Assembly: GCA_051047955.1 (NCBI GenBank)
Contig: JBPGPT010000018.1
Span: forward strand, 62,001-126,000
Reading direction: 5' to 3'
DNA length: 64,000 nucleotides
From: Cystobasidiomycetes sp. EMM_F5
Taxonomy: Eukaryota
Positions 24,678-40,699 of the stretch are shown here, one piece after another. The translations under genes and the position numbers were made by a program. The notes below the pieces were generated by a model that ran no database searches, was not told the origin of the DNA, and worked only from the letters and a program-made list of their open reading frames with translations. How positions within the stretch are numbered: position 1 is the stretch's first letter; each line of letters begins with the position of its first letter.

Positions 24678-25481
24678 TCATACCTGCTGCATCTCTGCCA
24701 GCCGCGCCTTCACTTCTTCCTCTCTTTCTCGCAATGCATCGACCTCCATTTCGAGCTGTAAATTGGCAATCTCTAGTTGAAGATTGCCAGACACCAGCGA
24801 CTGCCACCTCGCTTCGAGTGACTGCAGTTGCGAGCCTGCTTCGAGCTGGGAAGAAGGCACGAATGCGTATTAGTCGAGGATATACCGCCAGCCGAAGACA
24901 CTACCCACCTGCTTTGCTTTTCTTTCACGATTCACTTCCTCGGTCGCACTCTTGACATTGGCTACGCGAGTCTCTATCCGCTCAATCTCCCTCTCGACCA
25001 GGTAGTTTGCTACCCTCCAGCTGTTTGAACCGTACTTTGCCATCAAGTCGAGATTGTTCAGTCTCGCCGACTGATGCTCGAGCTGACTTGCGGCATTGTC
25101 CAGCGCCTTGGTCCACGCTGCACCTGGCGCGTTCAATGGTGGTGCGGGCAAGCTATACCGTACGCTGTCTAGGCCTTTTACTGGCCGTTTTTGAGATATC
25201 CGATCCAGTTCAGCGAGCAGAAAGGGCGACGACGAGAAGAGGTCTGGCAGTTCTGGCGGTATCCGTGTATCGTCTGATTGTAATTCTGATGCGCTTCCGG
25301 AAGCCTGCAGTTCCTCATTTACTATTGTATCCAGCCGTTCTCTGAGGCCTGTACCATCATGAACTCAGACCCAATTTCGCTCAAACGACCGCCGTCATTG
25401 CAGCTCACCTGCGACGGTGTCGATATCGGTATCATAGTACGGCAGCGCGTCAATGTCGACGCTGGCAGATGTGCTGGCCAT
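24678..25481 (-). CDS. SPF27: Pre-mRNA splicing factor Spf27/BCAS2, spliced
   Basis: IDALPYYDTD; AWTKALDNAASQLEHQSARLNNLDLMAKYGSNSW; VNRERKAKQ; LEARWQSLVSGNLQLE. Confidence 0.92.
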
Positions 25482-25651
25482 GGCTGGGGTTTCCGACAGT
25501 CGGCGCAGAGCAAAGCCATATCGCCGAACTCCGTCGGTATTCCGCTACTCACAAGCTGGTTCTCGCGGATATCTTTTGGCTTAGAATTAATCCATTCCTG
25601 GTGCTTCTTTGCTTCTTCTTTCTGCTCCGTAACTAATCACCTTCACTCATC

Positions 25652-26611
25652 ATGTCGCTCGGGGAGTGCTGCAAGACTGGCGTCGTCCACGAAGGCGAGA
25701 GCAAGGGATCCATCGAGACTATCGACGGCATCAAAGTCTACGTCGCAAAGCCGTCCGGCGAGTATGACAACACGAAAGCGGTGGTCATGCTCACAGACGT
25801 TTTTGGTGGGCTTGGTGGAATCGGAAAGGAGCCACTTTCAGAGTTGACGTATACTTCCCCTCCACCTCTGTGTAGGCATCGAGCTCGTCAACAGCCGACT
25901 GCTGGCAGATTCTTTCGCAGCCAATGGATACCAGACCTACATCCCAGACCTCTTCAACAGCGAGGCTGTCCCCGTAGATGGAATGCAACCCGGCAGCAGC
26001 TTTACTGTAAGCATTGCTAACTGACAATGTTGTTGGTGGAGTTTGGGAGTTGACCGATTTAACGGAAAGTGGGACAAGTTCAATGTCTGGATTGGCAAAC
26101 ATATGCCAGATACCGCGAAACCGGTCGTAGACAAATTCCTGGCCAAGCTCGAAGCCGATGGTGTCCTCTTTGTAGGCGCCGTGGGATACTGCTACGGTGT
26201 CAAGCTCGGTTTCTGGGCTGCCTTTGAGCATAAGGTCAAGGTACTCGTGGGCTGCCATCCTTCATTTGTCGAAGTTCCTGGTGATCTCCACAAGATCAAG
26301 GAGAGTGGTGTGCCACTTCTAATCAAGTCAGTCCGATATGATAGTTTTGCTATCGTCCAACATATGCTAACGAACGTCTTTGTGCGTCGCAATTGCTCAT
26401 CAGCTCATGTGAACATGACCCTCGCTTCCCTCCGGAAGCCCAGAAGCAAGCAGACGAGATCCTGGGCGGCTCCTCTACCTACAAGCGAGAGTACTTCCCA
26501 GGGTGCTCACACGGCTTCGCTGTGCGCGGTGATCTATCGGACCCAAAAGTCAAGGCAGGCAAGGAGGGAGCTTTCAAGGCGACCGTTGAGTGGTTCAATG
26601 CCCATTTATAG
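25652..26611 (+). CDS. Dienelactone hydrolase family alpha/beta hydrolase, spliced
   Basis: ECCKTGVVHEG, LTDVFG, GAVGYCYG nucleophile elbow, HPSFV, HGFAVRGD. Confidence 0.92.
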
Positions 26612-27228
26612 TTTGAAATCGTTCTATTCTACCACAAAGCAAAGCATCACGTATCGCAATCGTTTTGCAAGCCGCATAGAGCTGCATTCAATAGATCATC
26701 ACGTAGAAGATAAAAATGTTATGAACGACCGCTGCTTCCCGTAGGCGTCAGAAAAGCCATTCTGTATATCAGGCATCTCACAAAGCCATATTACACAGAT
26801 AAACCAGGATAGTCTAGCCTGTGACGAGCAGTAGAAAGTTAAGCAGTTCAAATATTGTCACGCCAGATTGCCTTAGTGCTGCCAGCGGCCGGGGAGACGA
26901 TCGATGAATATGCATCGATAACACTAAAAGTATGGCGAAGTTGCCGCTACTGCTAGAGTGATGGACACGCACTCCAGCATGAATGGTCTGCTCGTCAGTC
27001 CAGTGAACTGCCTTTGAAAAGGCGAATATTCTTGTTTATCCGAGGTACGCATGAAATGAAACGAGATTACGTTGCGAGTAATGTCAGCAAAGTGGAAGCA
27101 GAGTGAACGAGTCAGTCGTTATGTGTGCTTGGAAAGACTATTGTTGCGCCCGAGCTTCGCGCCCTGTCTGGAGTATACGTTCTCTTCCGTCATTTACGAC
27201 TTTCGCCCGCTGCAACCTTTCTGCAACC

Positions 27229-28755
<1,527 letters not shown>

Positions 28756-28895
28756 GTTGTGCTTGGTTATGGCCGTGCCAATACATCATGACTGCCGTAT
28801 TTCAGCGTACACTGCCGTTGTTGGTTTGATTCGGCTACACGGGTACTGACAAAATCCGAACAGGACGTAAAAGGGTACATCCTGCGTCTTTTCGG

Positions 28896-30039
28896 CTAGC
28901 TGATGACGATGACACTACTCGGAGTCAGACCCAGCTCCTTCAGTGATTTTGCCATTTCTGACGCGTCAAAGGTTTTCCTCGGGTACGTGCTCATCACGGT
29001 GCCTTGCAGAGGCGTATCTGGACTTTGTTGGCGTACCCAGTCTAGCACGGTCTGCAAGGTATCCTCGGCCGGTCGTGTGCACGTAAGTGGCGGACCTGAT
29101 GGCAGGCGGATTTGTAGCCGTGCAGAACTGGCTGCTGCAGCGGCAGGCGCAGATGCAGCTTGCGTAGGCTTGGCCACATTACTCGCTTGGTTGGCTGCCT
29201 CGTCTGGTAATTGAGTCCCATCGCGAATGGCCTTTTCCAATGCTTCCTTTTCTTTGCGCGCACGCCTATCCTCCTCAATCTGCTGCTTAATGCGTAGCCT
29301 CGCTTTGGCATCCTCAATCTTCTCCCTCTTGCGCGCTTCGGCTTCCTTTTGCACCTCCTTCATCTTCATTTCCTCCTTGATCTGACCCAACTCTTTCCCG
29401 CCCTTTCTACGAATGGCTTCATTCTGCTTTGCTTCTTCAGCGTCCTTGACGGAAGTCTGCGCTTTCCTCGCAGCGGCTTTGGCTCTCAACTCGGCTAGTC
29501 TGTGAGTGTTGGCAGTTAGTACCAACAAGACGTTTGAGGGATGTGGATGCCAAACCTACTTTTGTTGCTTTTCCTCCTCAGTCAGCGGCGCCTTCTCTTC
29601 CGTAGACTCTTCAAAGTCTGCATGACCGCTCTTCTCGCCGTGCCATTGTGCTTCCATTGTATTACGGAACACCTTGCCACATTCATTGCAGCGCAAAGAC
29701 TGCGTGAATGCGCGCACACGTCGGCCATTCTGAAATATGCTGTACTTTTGTATTACGGCGCCCACCTTTGCTTCGCCAGCCGCACTTGCAGCTACATTGA
29801 TGTTTTTGGCTCCATCGTCGTCATCGTCTGAGCCGCTGTCTGCTCCATCTTCGTTTTCATTGTTCTGCAGCCAGTCGAGCGCGCCTTGGAGTCCACCACC
29901 TTTGCGCAGGCCTCTAAGACGATAACCAAGTCAGATTCCTGCAATGTTTCCGCACTACTTTGCATCGACTATCCCCATACTTTTTTGCCTTCTTCTCGTC
30001 GAATCCAAACTCGAGCAGCTGTTCCAGGTCTGTTGCCAT
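28896..30039 (-). CDS. UBA / C2H2 zinc finger / UBX domain protein (UBXN1-like), spliced
   Basis: MATDLEQLLEFGF UBA start; SLRCNECGKVF..HGEKSGH; coiled coil; ARLQIRLP..TYPRK..LGLTPS UBX. Confidence 0.9.
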
Positions 30040-30226
30040 GGTTTGAAGAGGTGCAGAATATATGTATCCAAATGTCCAGTTGTAGCAGAGCAGAGGAGAG
30101 CAGCTGAAATGGACGTCGTCCAAGTTGGTTTGACCGGTTGAAGTGATTGGATTGCGGACAACTGGACGCCAAACGACGACGTTGCGATACATCTACATGA
30201 GCCAATGCCGTCCATAACTGAGTGCA

Positions 30227-33200
30227 ATGCTGGAGCTGCAGCTGCTTCCGCCGACAATATCGCCTGGCAGGGCATTCTTTGTCGCAAAAGCTCAGCGCGA
30301 AGCTGCCATCAGTGATGGCAAGGATAACGACGATGCTGGCATTACAGACAATGTACTGTACTCCGATGGACAGACGCCAGGAATTCTCGCGATGCTGCGA
30401 GAGTTGAAGCTGGCCAAGCAAGGTATCGGGGTCGCGAGCAATAAAAGCAAACAATCCATGTCCGAGTCCCCCAAAACTCATTCGAGGATGTACTGCAACT
30501 CTTCTGGACCTTCATCTCTCCCTCCCTTCGGCCCCAGACCTTCCCTCGTGGATGATCATCCCTCGGCACCGCCAGAGTATGTAATTGACGAATTGACGTG
30601 GTCCGGCGCAACTTTGGTTTGGTCTATAGGCAGCGCAATATACAGGACATATACCTTCGAGGAGGAACAACGCGATGATCAGCATATCCGTCAGGCTATG
30701 TTTGCATGGTTTGAAGTGCCAGCATTGCCGAGCGATACAAAGCCCGTCTCCGCATCCGGTGTCAGCTCAAGTACCACAGAGTTTGCGTCCTCTGTCACAA
30801 CGTCATCCGATGCAGATTCACTCTTGGGTCCCTTTCGGCCGACTATGCCACAACCTTGGTCAGATAACGCAACGGCCAGCATAGTCTCGGCCCATCGAGC
30901 GAGAACACATAGCGAAACAGCAGTCGTTCGAGTCCTATGTGTCCTCTTCAGAGATATCGCATACCTCTATTACCCTTCAGGGCACTCACATTCCCTAGCA
31001 ATTCCATGGCCGTGGAGAACAGCTTTAGCATTGGAGCGAGGCCTTCTTTTCGAACGATCCGAAAGCGAAGTCCATGCAATGTTGCGCAAGTACGGAAAGA
31101 GTCTGCTCGATGACAAACGACATATCGTTGGTGATGCTGCGCCCCGCTTCTACGTTCTCATGGACCCGTTTGAGGAGTTTGAGGTGGTTCGCAAAGCTTC
31201 CAAACTCGCAAATATTCCGCCGTCAGCGGCTGAGCGCGGACATAACATGCATCACAACAGAAGTGAGAAACGAAATCTAGCAAGTGCCAGCGGCATCACC
31301 GGGCCCTTCGTAGATGGCAATGAATACGCCGTCTACGCTACCGACAGGCGAGATGGCTCCGAGCCAATTATAGTCTCGTTCAACTCGCGCGAACGTCAGT
31401 TGTCCATTTGGGCATACGCCAGCGTGGTCAGTAGTGCGACTTCAGAACTTGACGCCTATCGCGAACAGATGAAGGCATTGCTAGCTGGCGGATCTAGTAA
31501 GGAAAGTCACGGAGAATCGCCTGAAGAAGATGACGAAACGCCACGTCCCAGCTCGTACACAAGCACTATCGGCAAGAGACGACGAAGTGCCGATACGCCA
31601 ACCAGCAACGGTGCTACACATCCACCAGCTCCTGGCACGCCTTTGACAGTCATCACAACGGCTAGATATCCTTGCTCAGCAATACTTCCGAACCCTCGTG
31701 ATCAGCAGACCAGCCATGAAGGGACTATCATGGCGCGCCGGCGTTCTGCTCTTGGCGCTGCTCCTTCGAGGGCTGCGCTTGATCCAAACACCTCCATTGC
31801 TGGTTTCTTGGACAGCATGGGGACCATACCGGCAACCCGTTCGTCCTCATCGCGAGTTTCAAACCCTGCTTCACAACCGTTTCCATCCGGTACGGCTATG
31901 ACAGGACGTAGGACTTCGACTGCTGCCTCTCTGGCCCCTCACATGGACCGTCGAGCCTCTTCCACGCGGACGGAACTGTCACTGAGCTTGGATCGAATGG
32001 CACTCGGAACTCATTCCATGCTATCGCAAGGCCGAGCGCACGCTTCCAACACGGTCCCACAGTCTACGGCTGCTGCAGTGGCTGCACTACCGGGCTCTCA
32101 AGGGTCTTCAGTCGGTTCAGTGCTCGAAGATCCCCTTCTTCTTGCGGGTCGGCGGACACCTGTGCCGGGGGAAACCAGTATCTCTGATGGAGCCAAAGAT
32201 ATTGTTAAGGCCAGTCATGGACCGATATTGTGCTTCTCCCGGCTTTACAAGGCAACACTTGATGTACCCAGGTGCGTAAACGGATTGAAAAACAGAAAGA
32301 GGATTTGATCTGACCTCGATCCTCCAGCGATAGCTACACTTTAACAACAGTGGAAGTGTTTGACGTCCGGGACGGAAGAGCAATTCTTGCAGTGCATGTT
32401 GCAGATATCAACGTATTATACATGTACACCATATCCCGGTCTGAGCCAAGGCCAGGGCAACACCACACCATACTATGCTCTCCGCTTCGTCAGATGGAAG
32501 CCGTCTCTATAGGGCTCGTAGTCTCTACTCGGCCAGACGTGCGGGATTTACTGGTGACTGACAAGTCTGGGCGTCTTCGCCTGCTTACGGCTGACAGCTT
32601 GGCTATGGAGATTCTACTACTTGATCGTAATATGCAAGGTCTGGCGAGCCTCCATATTGTTTCGTGTGGTTCGCCTTCTGTCCAATTATCCGACAACAGT
32701 GGCAAGGATTGCAGAGGTCTTGATCTCTCGATGCACCACCACTTCCCTCTGTTGCAAGACATCCTCTTCTTGCTGTCAATCTGTCTGCCGGTCAAGACGT
32801 TCATCTTGCTGTACAGTGCAATACTTCGACATTCCAGTAAACTGCAGCCATTTCTCAATCCAAGCGGCATCGTATCGATTTTACAGCATGTGCTGATCTC
32901 GGGTGAATACCAAGGCGAACAAGGGCAGCATTTCACTGATTGGCAAACAATGAGAAGCCTATCATCTCTCGCGGGACCTTTAAGTTCTAGTCTCTTTGAC
33001 TCCGTGAGCCAAGCTCCGGTTCTTTCGTACCAACAACTGCAGTCTGTCCTTTTATGTCTGCGCCTGCTCGGCCAGGAGTGCAAATGTCTCTCACGTCGAC
33101 AGAGGGACCATTTCCAAATCTCAAAGTTGCAAGACGCCATCGGCAATCGCCTGAAACAGCTCAGCTTGCAGCACGGCGAATTGAGCGCTGCCGACAGCGA

Positions 33201-36200
33201 TTTGGCTGCAGATTTTGATATTTTTGCTGAGCTGAGCGGTCGCATGAAGAATGGAGCTGTGACATCGCCCATTGACGCATTTGATCGCATGATCGAATCG
33301 TCGGAACACAGCATGACGAGCTTCTTCACACAAAGAGAGACTTTTCCAGTTATGCGGACATTGCTCAAGATCTACGATCTGTGTTCTACGAAAGACCCGG
33401 CTTTATTAGGAACCTGCACTTCTAGGGCAGAGGCAATAGTCTTGCGCCTGGCTGCTATCGGCTGGACTCTGCAAGATCTGTCTGAGCTGTCGATAGGGGT
33501 AGTCTTGCCAATCAGAGAGGCGATACGTCAATGCCAGCTCAAACCGCCGGAGCAATGGCCAGTTGCGGCGTACGCATTGATGCAGCGGTCGGATCAGATC
33601 GCTCAAGTAAAAGGTCCAGCCAAGAAGCGCGAGGTCGGTTATTTCGGCATACATTACGATCGTGTGTGATATACTGATCGCTTGTACAGTCGTCAAATGT
33701 CAAGAAACGCATTGTGTACAGCATCGACACCTTGACGGAGGTCGCGTCCAATACCAAACCAATAGGTCATCCGGTACATCATATCAAAAAGCGGAACAAA
33801 GACAGGGCCTCGAGGTTCAGTAGCGATTTGAGACTGGAAGATGTACATCGCATGTTACACTACTCAGCACCATTGATTACGAAGGGTCCTACAGGGCCAA
33901 ACTTGACGTGGGAATAATTCAACGTGAGAGAATGTCGCAAGCTGACTTCGTATCGCAGGGAGGCTACGCTACCAGCTGAGCAACAAAAAATGCTTTTAGC
34001 GTTGGCATTTCGCACGTTGTCGTTACCGATCGGCAACGCTTTATACCTGTTCCGCGTCGCTGCCCGACCAAAATCACACGCTACCTCCATTCCCAAGATT
34101 GAATTATCAGCAAGACTCCTGCCCCATCCGGGAACGCTGTCAGTCTCGAGCGAGGACATATCTATTGAACACAAGTTTTGGCCATTTTTCCACAGCGGAG
34201 TGGCCGTGGCTCTACACATCGAGTGGACCAAGGACATGTTTGATTCGTCGGAATATGCGTTCAACAAACCTTCCGAGCTGAGCGCCCGACATGCTGGCTT
34301 CCTGTACGGACTAGGTCTCAGCGGTCAACTGCAGAGTCTAGACACATATCAAGCTTTCAAATACATGGATCCTAAGCACGAATCGACCAGTATCGGCCTT
34401 CTGTTGGGCTTAGGGGCTACGTACATGGGCACGGCTGATGTAAAGGTTACGAGCGCGATGACTGTACATGTGGCCGCTCTGCACCCACCTAGCGCAGCGC
34501 AGCTTAACGTTTCTCACCTCATACAATCCGCAGGCCTCGTCGGAATTGGTCTTCTCCACGTCGGCTCGCGGAATCATCGTTTAGCCAGTAATATCCTTTA
34601 TGAGTTGACTCGCACGCGCAAGGTGGACACTGAGCATCCGGACGGATGTCGCGAAGGATATGCTTTAGGTTGTGCCTTCGGCTATGGTCTAGTCATGCTG
34701 GGACGAGGTACTGAGGAAACAGGTCCGAGTGGCGCTGAGACACTTCGTACTCTTCGCTATCTTCTAGAAGGTGGACACAACTCGCATCTCCCCGCTGCGC
34801 GAAAGAAGACAGAAGGACCGCTGGATGTGGACACGACTAGCCCTGCAGCAGGCATCGCGCTAGCCTTGAGCTTCATGCGGTCTAATCGGCACGACGTTGC
34901 TAGCATGCTGGAGATACCTCAGTCTCGCGATCGGTTGGATCATGTCCGCAACGACCTCATGCTGACGCGAACTGTTTGCAAAGCGTTGATTATGTGGGAG
35001 TCTATTCAGCTGAGCACCAAATGGATCGAGAGCCTTGTGCCTTCTTTCATACTGGTTGCAGTATTGACAAAGAACAAGACCTCGTCGAATATACCGTCTG
35101 ACGAACAACTTGCCTATTGGAGCATACTCGCAGGGGCATGTTTATCAATAGGTCTAAAATATGCGGGCAGTGCTCGAGGAGAGGCGCACACAATTCTCAT
35201 AGAGGCTTTCGATCGTTTGTCGAAGGCGGCCAACAGCGTACCAGGTGAGCGTTAACAGCTTCAGGCCACACGGTCGCAATTGTCCTCTCCGTGCTTACAT
35301 TTGCATGCAGCGACGGCAAGTCTCAGGTCAAAGCTTGCCAAGCACAGTCTGAATGTCTGTGTCGGTACCGTGTGTCTCGCCTTGTCGGCTGTAATGGCAG
35401 GCACTGGCGAACTCAACGTCTTGCGAAGATTGAGAGTGTTACATGGGCAAATTTCAACTCATCCGAGTAGCTACGGTACACATGTTGCATCTCATATGGC
35501 TCTGGGACTATTATTCATGGGTAAAGGCAAGTATACCTTATCCACCTCCAAGACAGCCACAGCAGTGCTGTTTTGCGCATTCTATCCGGCATTTCCTCTC
35601 AGCCCCGGCGACAATCGCTTCCATCTTCAGGCATTTCGGCATTTGTGGGTTCTCGCCGCTGAGCCTAGATGCTTGCTGGCGAGAGATGTTGATACTGGCA
35701 CATCCGTGTACCTTCCGCTCCGTTTACGAGTGCGCGAGCGAGATGACATCGGCAATGAGGTCATACGTTCGTCGCAAATGGTCGCGCCCACCTTGATTCC
35801 CGAGATGCACAACATAATATCGATTCAAACCGACTCGCCGCGATACTGGCCGGTCAATCTGACTTTTGCAGAATCCAGAGAGCAACTTTCCAGATTCCTG
35901 CGAGGACAAACGCTGTATATCAAGCGGAGAGCCGGCCACTCCAGCTATGCGAGCGATCCGCGTGGTATTCGAAGCGTCTTCACCCAGCCCGGAACCGAAC
36001 TCGTCAACAAAGTAAACGATAATGGCGTTCTGCAGGAGCTTTTACGGAAAGCAGTTCAAAGCATCCCGGACGCCATTGATTCCTTCCTAGATTCTCAAAA
36101 TCCGTTACGTGCCGAGCACAAATATCTATGCGACTTCGACCCAAGCAGGCAAAGCTCTGAATCTCTCGCATTCTCCGCCTTCTTTGGCAACGTAGTAATG

Positions 36201-36755
36201 GAGTGTCTTACTCAGGACAAGCCAGAAGCCGTGACCATCTACCGTATCCTACATTTCCTGCGACGATCTGCTCAGCGATTCAGTGCCTCAACGGCGCTCA
36301 GACTGGAGGAACTATCCTGCTGCCTGGAGTTCTACAGTAAAGGCGCTATGAGCATCTTTGACAGCACTTCCAACGCTTGGGCGCCCATGCTTGTCGGCAC
36401 GCCTTTCGTCAATGACGCGCTCACTGAACGCAGATCACGCCTCGCCAGAATCTTGCTCGATGCTGACACGCGCAGCGCGTTGCATCATCACTTGCGGTGT
36501 GATACGGACAACGCAAGCTACTCATCGGAGCCTCATGTGGAACTTTTACGCAAGGTGTTGCCAAATCTGCGCCTTCCTCGCCGCCGTATTCTGCGACAGA
36601 TGTGGCAAATGGCGACGAAGAAGAGAGAGAGCTGGAGTGGCTCGCCTTCAGATTTCAAGGTCTGGCTGGCCTTTGTCCTGCACAAGACTCTTGCCCATCT
36701 GGATATGTACGATGAGACTGTCATTGAAGTACTTAGTGATGCGTGGAGTCAGTGA
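30227..36755 (+). CDS. APC1: Anaphase-promoting complex subunit 1, multi-exon
   Basis: WPFFHSGVA, HAGFLYGLGLSG, PC repeats, VMAGTGELNVLRRLR, YGTHVASHMALGLLF, DNRFHLQAFRHLWVLA. Confidence 0.95.
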
Positions 36756-36941
36756 AGTAGATTTAGTCTGCAGTCTACGGAAGTGTTGTCATTGTTGTTG
36801 CTACTGCTTTTGCACCTTCAGACCGCTCAGACCGCTCAAACCAAGCATCCGGTGTCGTAAATCATCACAATCCGTCTGCCGTACCTGAGCAGGCACGACA
36901 TTTACTGCATCTACACAATGCGCAGCTCTGCCATTGCCCAT

Positions 36942-38993
36942 CTAGACAATTGCGAAATCGTCTGTAGACAGTAGCGTTTCTGTCGAGTAGGGAACATCCG
37001 CGCCCCCTTCTACGGCCTTTACCGCTGAAACCTCAACGCCGCACAGACCTCTTTGGGCCACGAAATCCACTGCGACGGGGAAGACTGCCGACGTATCGTC
37101 GCCTGGCACATTGAACTCCAGTACTCCATTCCTACTGCTCTCATTTGACGCATCGACTTCAGAAATCAACCAGTTGAGGCTGTTGCTGGCATTGTCCAGA
37201 GTCCACGTAGTACCCTCTGCGGCATTGACATTTGAAGGGTCCGCTCCGTCCGGTAGCGGAATGGAGATGATGATGTTTTTGAGAACGATGGAAGGGTCTT
37301 CAGAAGTCAGCTCGTATTCGATATTGACGTCCATTGTCCCATTGTCTGTTGGTGACGGCCAGCAGTTGACTAGTGGGACAGGATTAGCTAGCGATTGACA
37401 TGCTGTGCAGACAGGCTCGGCCTTACTTGACAAAGGTACGACACTCTCATCTTTCGTCGTCAATCTCCATTTGAGAACAGCTAAGCCCTGTCGCACGGGG
37501 AAGCCTTGTTTTGTATCTCGAAGCTGAATGCGCTGAGAGTCGGTCCAGGCCTTTTTGTCGATACGGGGATGGGTCTTGAACTGCAAGTCGTTTCCATACG
37601 CATCGGAGTGCGCAAGCGACAAGACGACTTTGGTAGCTTCGGCAGAAGCGATACGCAAGTCCAAATCTCCCTTGAGGTCCAGTTTCTCCAGGCCACCATC
37701 GCGAGACAAGGCCAACGATAGCTTTTCTCGGATGACAAGGTGTACTCTAAGGAGAAGCGATGCACGTCAGCAGAACACACTTGTACAATTGACAAGCAGA
37801 AGGCAGCGCACTCTTCTTCATCTACCGGACCAAATGGATTTTCTGCTTTTGCTGGTGTAGCGGGAGCTGCTGGAGGAGCAGACATGACTGGCGTTCCTGG
37901 CGCGGAAGCTTGCTGATAGTTCTGTGTTGCTAGTCAATAAACGTCTGACATGTGATGTCTATGCTACGCTCACCATCAGAGGAGCCCGCTCCTCAACTTC
38001 CGGCAAAGGTTCGCCTCCAAGGCTATCGAGCAGGTCTTGTTGCTTCTTTGCACCTTTTGAACCGAGTTGCATGCCTTTTGTCTTGAATGGCTTGTTTGTC
38101 GTAGCCGCTGCCGAGGAAGAGGAGTCGTAATGAGGAGAGATATTCTGCACGGGCGGCGGTACGTATGCTGGCGCGTGAAATGCTGAAGGACCACCGCCTC
38201 CCATGCCCCTGTCATAGTTCACAGAGCGTGTCAGTGTAAAACTGCGGTGGGAGAGCTCTTGTCGGACGCACCCGCTCCGACCGTACGGATCCACACCTCG
38301 CTTTAGTGCCTCCCTTCTCTGCATCTCGAGCTGCTTTGCGCGTCGTTTCAGCTCCTCCTTTGCTTCCTGCTCCTTGTTCTTTGCGATAATCTCCTGTATA
38401 CGCTCCTCGTGCGACTCCATCTCCATTGCTGCGCGCACCTCGGTCATTCCTACTCGCTCGCGGTATCCGAGCGAGATGACTTCGTCAAAGGCCGAGAGGA
38501 GCTCGAATGCGTTTCTTAGAATCTCCCCCTCGCCTACACCACCTCTTGCCGTTCCCACCGAGCACATCTCTGTGACTATCCTGCCGAGGAGGTGGAGCGT
38601 GTCGATATCTTGGAGGATGTTGGACAGCGGCGGGGTGAGGAGGCAGACGTAGAGCTCGTCTATGGGCATGTAGACGTATCTTACGCTCCCGTCTGGCGAA
38701 AGGAGGGTCGTATGTTCTGCTCCTGGGGGAATGAGCTTTGTGAAGCTCATCAGGAGGCTCTCGAGACGCGACCGGGTCATCTGGGCGTGGAATCTGGGGC
38801 ACATGGAGGGTGATATGCGTCAGATGAGACGATACAATATGGAATGAAACGACCGCAGCTCACTGCCGCGCGACCAGAGGTTTGCCCAGCTTGGACACGA
38901 CGCCAGCTGCGAGGACCGTCTGAAGAGGAGCATTTGGAACAGTCAGTGATTGCTCGTCGTGTGTGATATCTGAGTATTTATCGCGCTCACCAT
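36942..38993 (-). CDS. RET2: Coatomer delta subunit, multi-exon; first coding exon appears to be the ATG alone
   Basis: VLAAGVVSKLGKPLVARQF, VRYVYMP, SNILQDIDTLHL, AFDEVISLGYRE, MEMESHEERIQE; mu-homology domain QFKTHP, VLKWR, NCWPS. Confidence 0.96.
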
Positions 38994-39379
38994 CGTCTGA
39001 GTTTGTGTTTATTTGCTGGTTGTCGCTTGTTCAAGCAAGCACGGGTTGGCTTCGTTTGATTAAGCTCGAATTATTGTTGGCTGAATGCATATTAGCATAT
39101 ACATGGCTGATACTGACACTGACACTAACAACAGTCACAGAGTGGGCGGACTTCATTTCGTGACAAGTTGCAATGTCCGCCGCCCAGCACCACAGCTATA
39201 CCGAAAGTACAGCACAAGCACCGCATTCACCGCACTCACAGCAAAGACAATCGTTAAAAGTAGCTAACACCCACGTCGTTCTAACCTATCTTTCCATTCC
39301 TGCGGCTTTGATTCCGCATTCAACAATAGCCAGTAACGAACGCCGACTGTAGAACAATTTCCCATCTTGCCCAGACACA

Positions 39380-40129
39380 ATGTCAACCCAACCTCGAGAC
39401 TTTGCAAACACACAGCCCGAAAATGCTGCTCCGATTCCCCTTTCGCGTCGGGTGAGCTCATCTACGAGCTGAACTTTGTTATCTTGCTGACGGTTTATCA
39501 ACTCGGCGCGGTACTGAATGGGACACGTCCAGGTATCCACTTCTACCAATCAATCAACCCGCAGAAGGCCTGTATCTAGTGTGGAACCTGATATCGACTG
39601 GCGCTTTCCGACTCATGTAGCACCAAAGACGTCGACAACAACTAGTCGGGGAGCACAGTGTTGCGCTGTCGACCTGAAGAATCGCACATGTGTCATATGG
39701 TCGGGCAAATCGACGAGCACCATTCCGGAACCTACGGCTAGAAGAGTCAACTCGATAGCGAGCCAAGGCGTACCAGCACTTGGAGGCAATTCTGCGCTAG
39801 TCTCCTCGATCCCTAGACGAGCACAGTCTCAAATGTCTCATCGAAGCAACAGGTCACCATCTTTGATCTCTACTACTGCACCTACAGAACTGGGCGGCAA
39901 TGCTGTACGAGCGGTTTCTGCTGGGGGCAGGCGATCGCAAGACTATAGTGGTCGTCGCGTTTCCGTAGACAGCGTTACTCGAAACAAAGTATCGCAGCGA
40001 AATGCGGTTGAGCTGGATGCCAATGAGCAGAGTTCGTCCCGACTGGGAGCTTCGTCTGGTCCGCCCATCCAACTTGCTCCGCGTCGAAGCGGATCGACAT
40101 CGAGGTCTGGGAGTAACGCGGGGATGTGA
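39380..40129 (+). CDS. Orphan disordered Ser/Arg-rich protein with Cys micro-motif (family A, member 1)
   Basis: Short exon MSTQPRDF..LSRR, GTGAGC intron, long exon containing TTTTSRGAQCCAVDLKNRTCVIWSGKSTST. Confidence 0.6.
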
Positions 40130-40699
40130 CATTGGTCAACGAATGGAACTCACTACACTGATCGCTGCGCTTCAGCGTTAGTCTCCAGACTCGGTAATAT
40201 GGGCATAAAGCTTTGAACCTTGTTGCCATAGACTACGTCTTGTTTACCGATTGCATAACGACTGACACATGCTTACAATGCTACATGAGCGGGTAACGAC
40301 CCCTCTCAGACTCTATGGTGGCTGGCACAATTCTGGCGGTGTTATTGTTGAAACTCGAGACTGTACTGCCTTTGGAGCTGAACGAGGAAATCTGTCAATT
40401 GGCTTGAGAGTGACGTAGTTTGCTGATACTGTGTACCCTTTCTGACTTTCCGTACCGCCTCGCCATATTCTCAGGCTCGGGACCGTAAATAGCATCGCCC
40501 CAGCTGTGCATTTGTTGTACGCAATGCATAGCAGTAGCATTGCCATCACACATCTCACGCGCCACTTCTCCATGCAAGTATCGCTTAAATACGTGCACCT
40601 ATCATCTGCTTTCTTATTCAGTAAATCCTACTACCAGAGCAAAATAAGACACGTATCGACCGCAGCAAACCATGTCGCGAAATCCAAATCAGGAGAATT

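Noticed and set aside
32490..33368. 292-aa minus-strand ORF
   Set aside because: Antisense shadow of an APC1 exon; no motifs.
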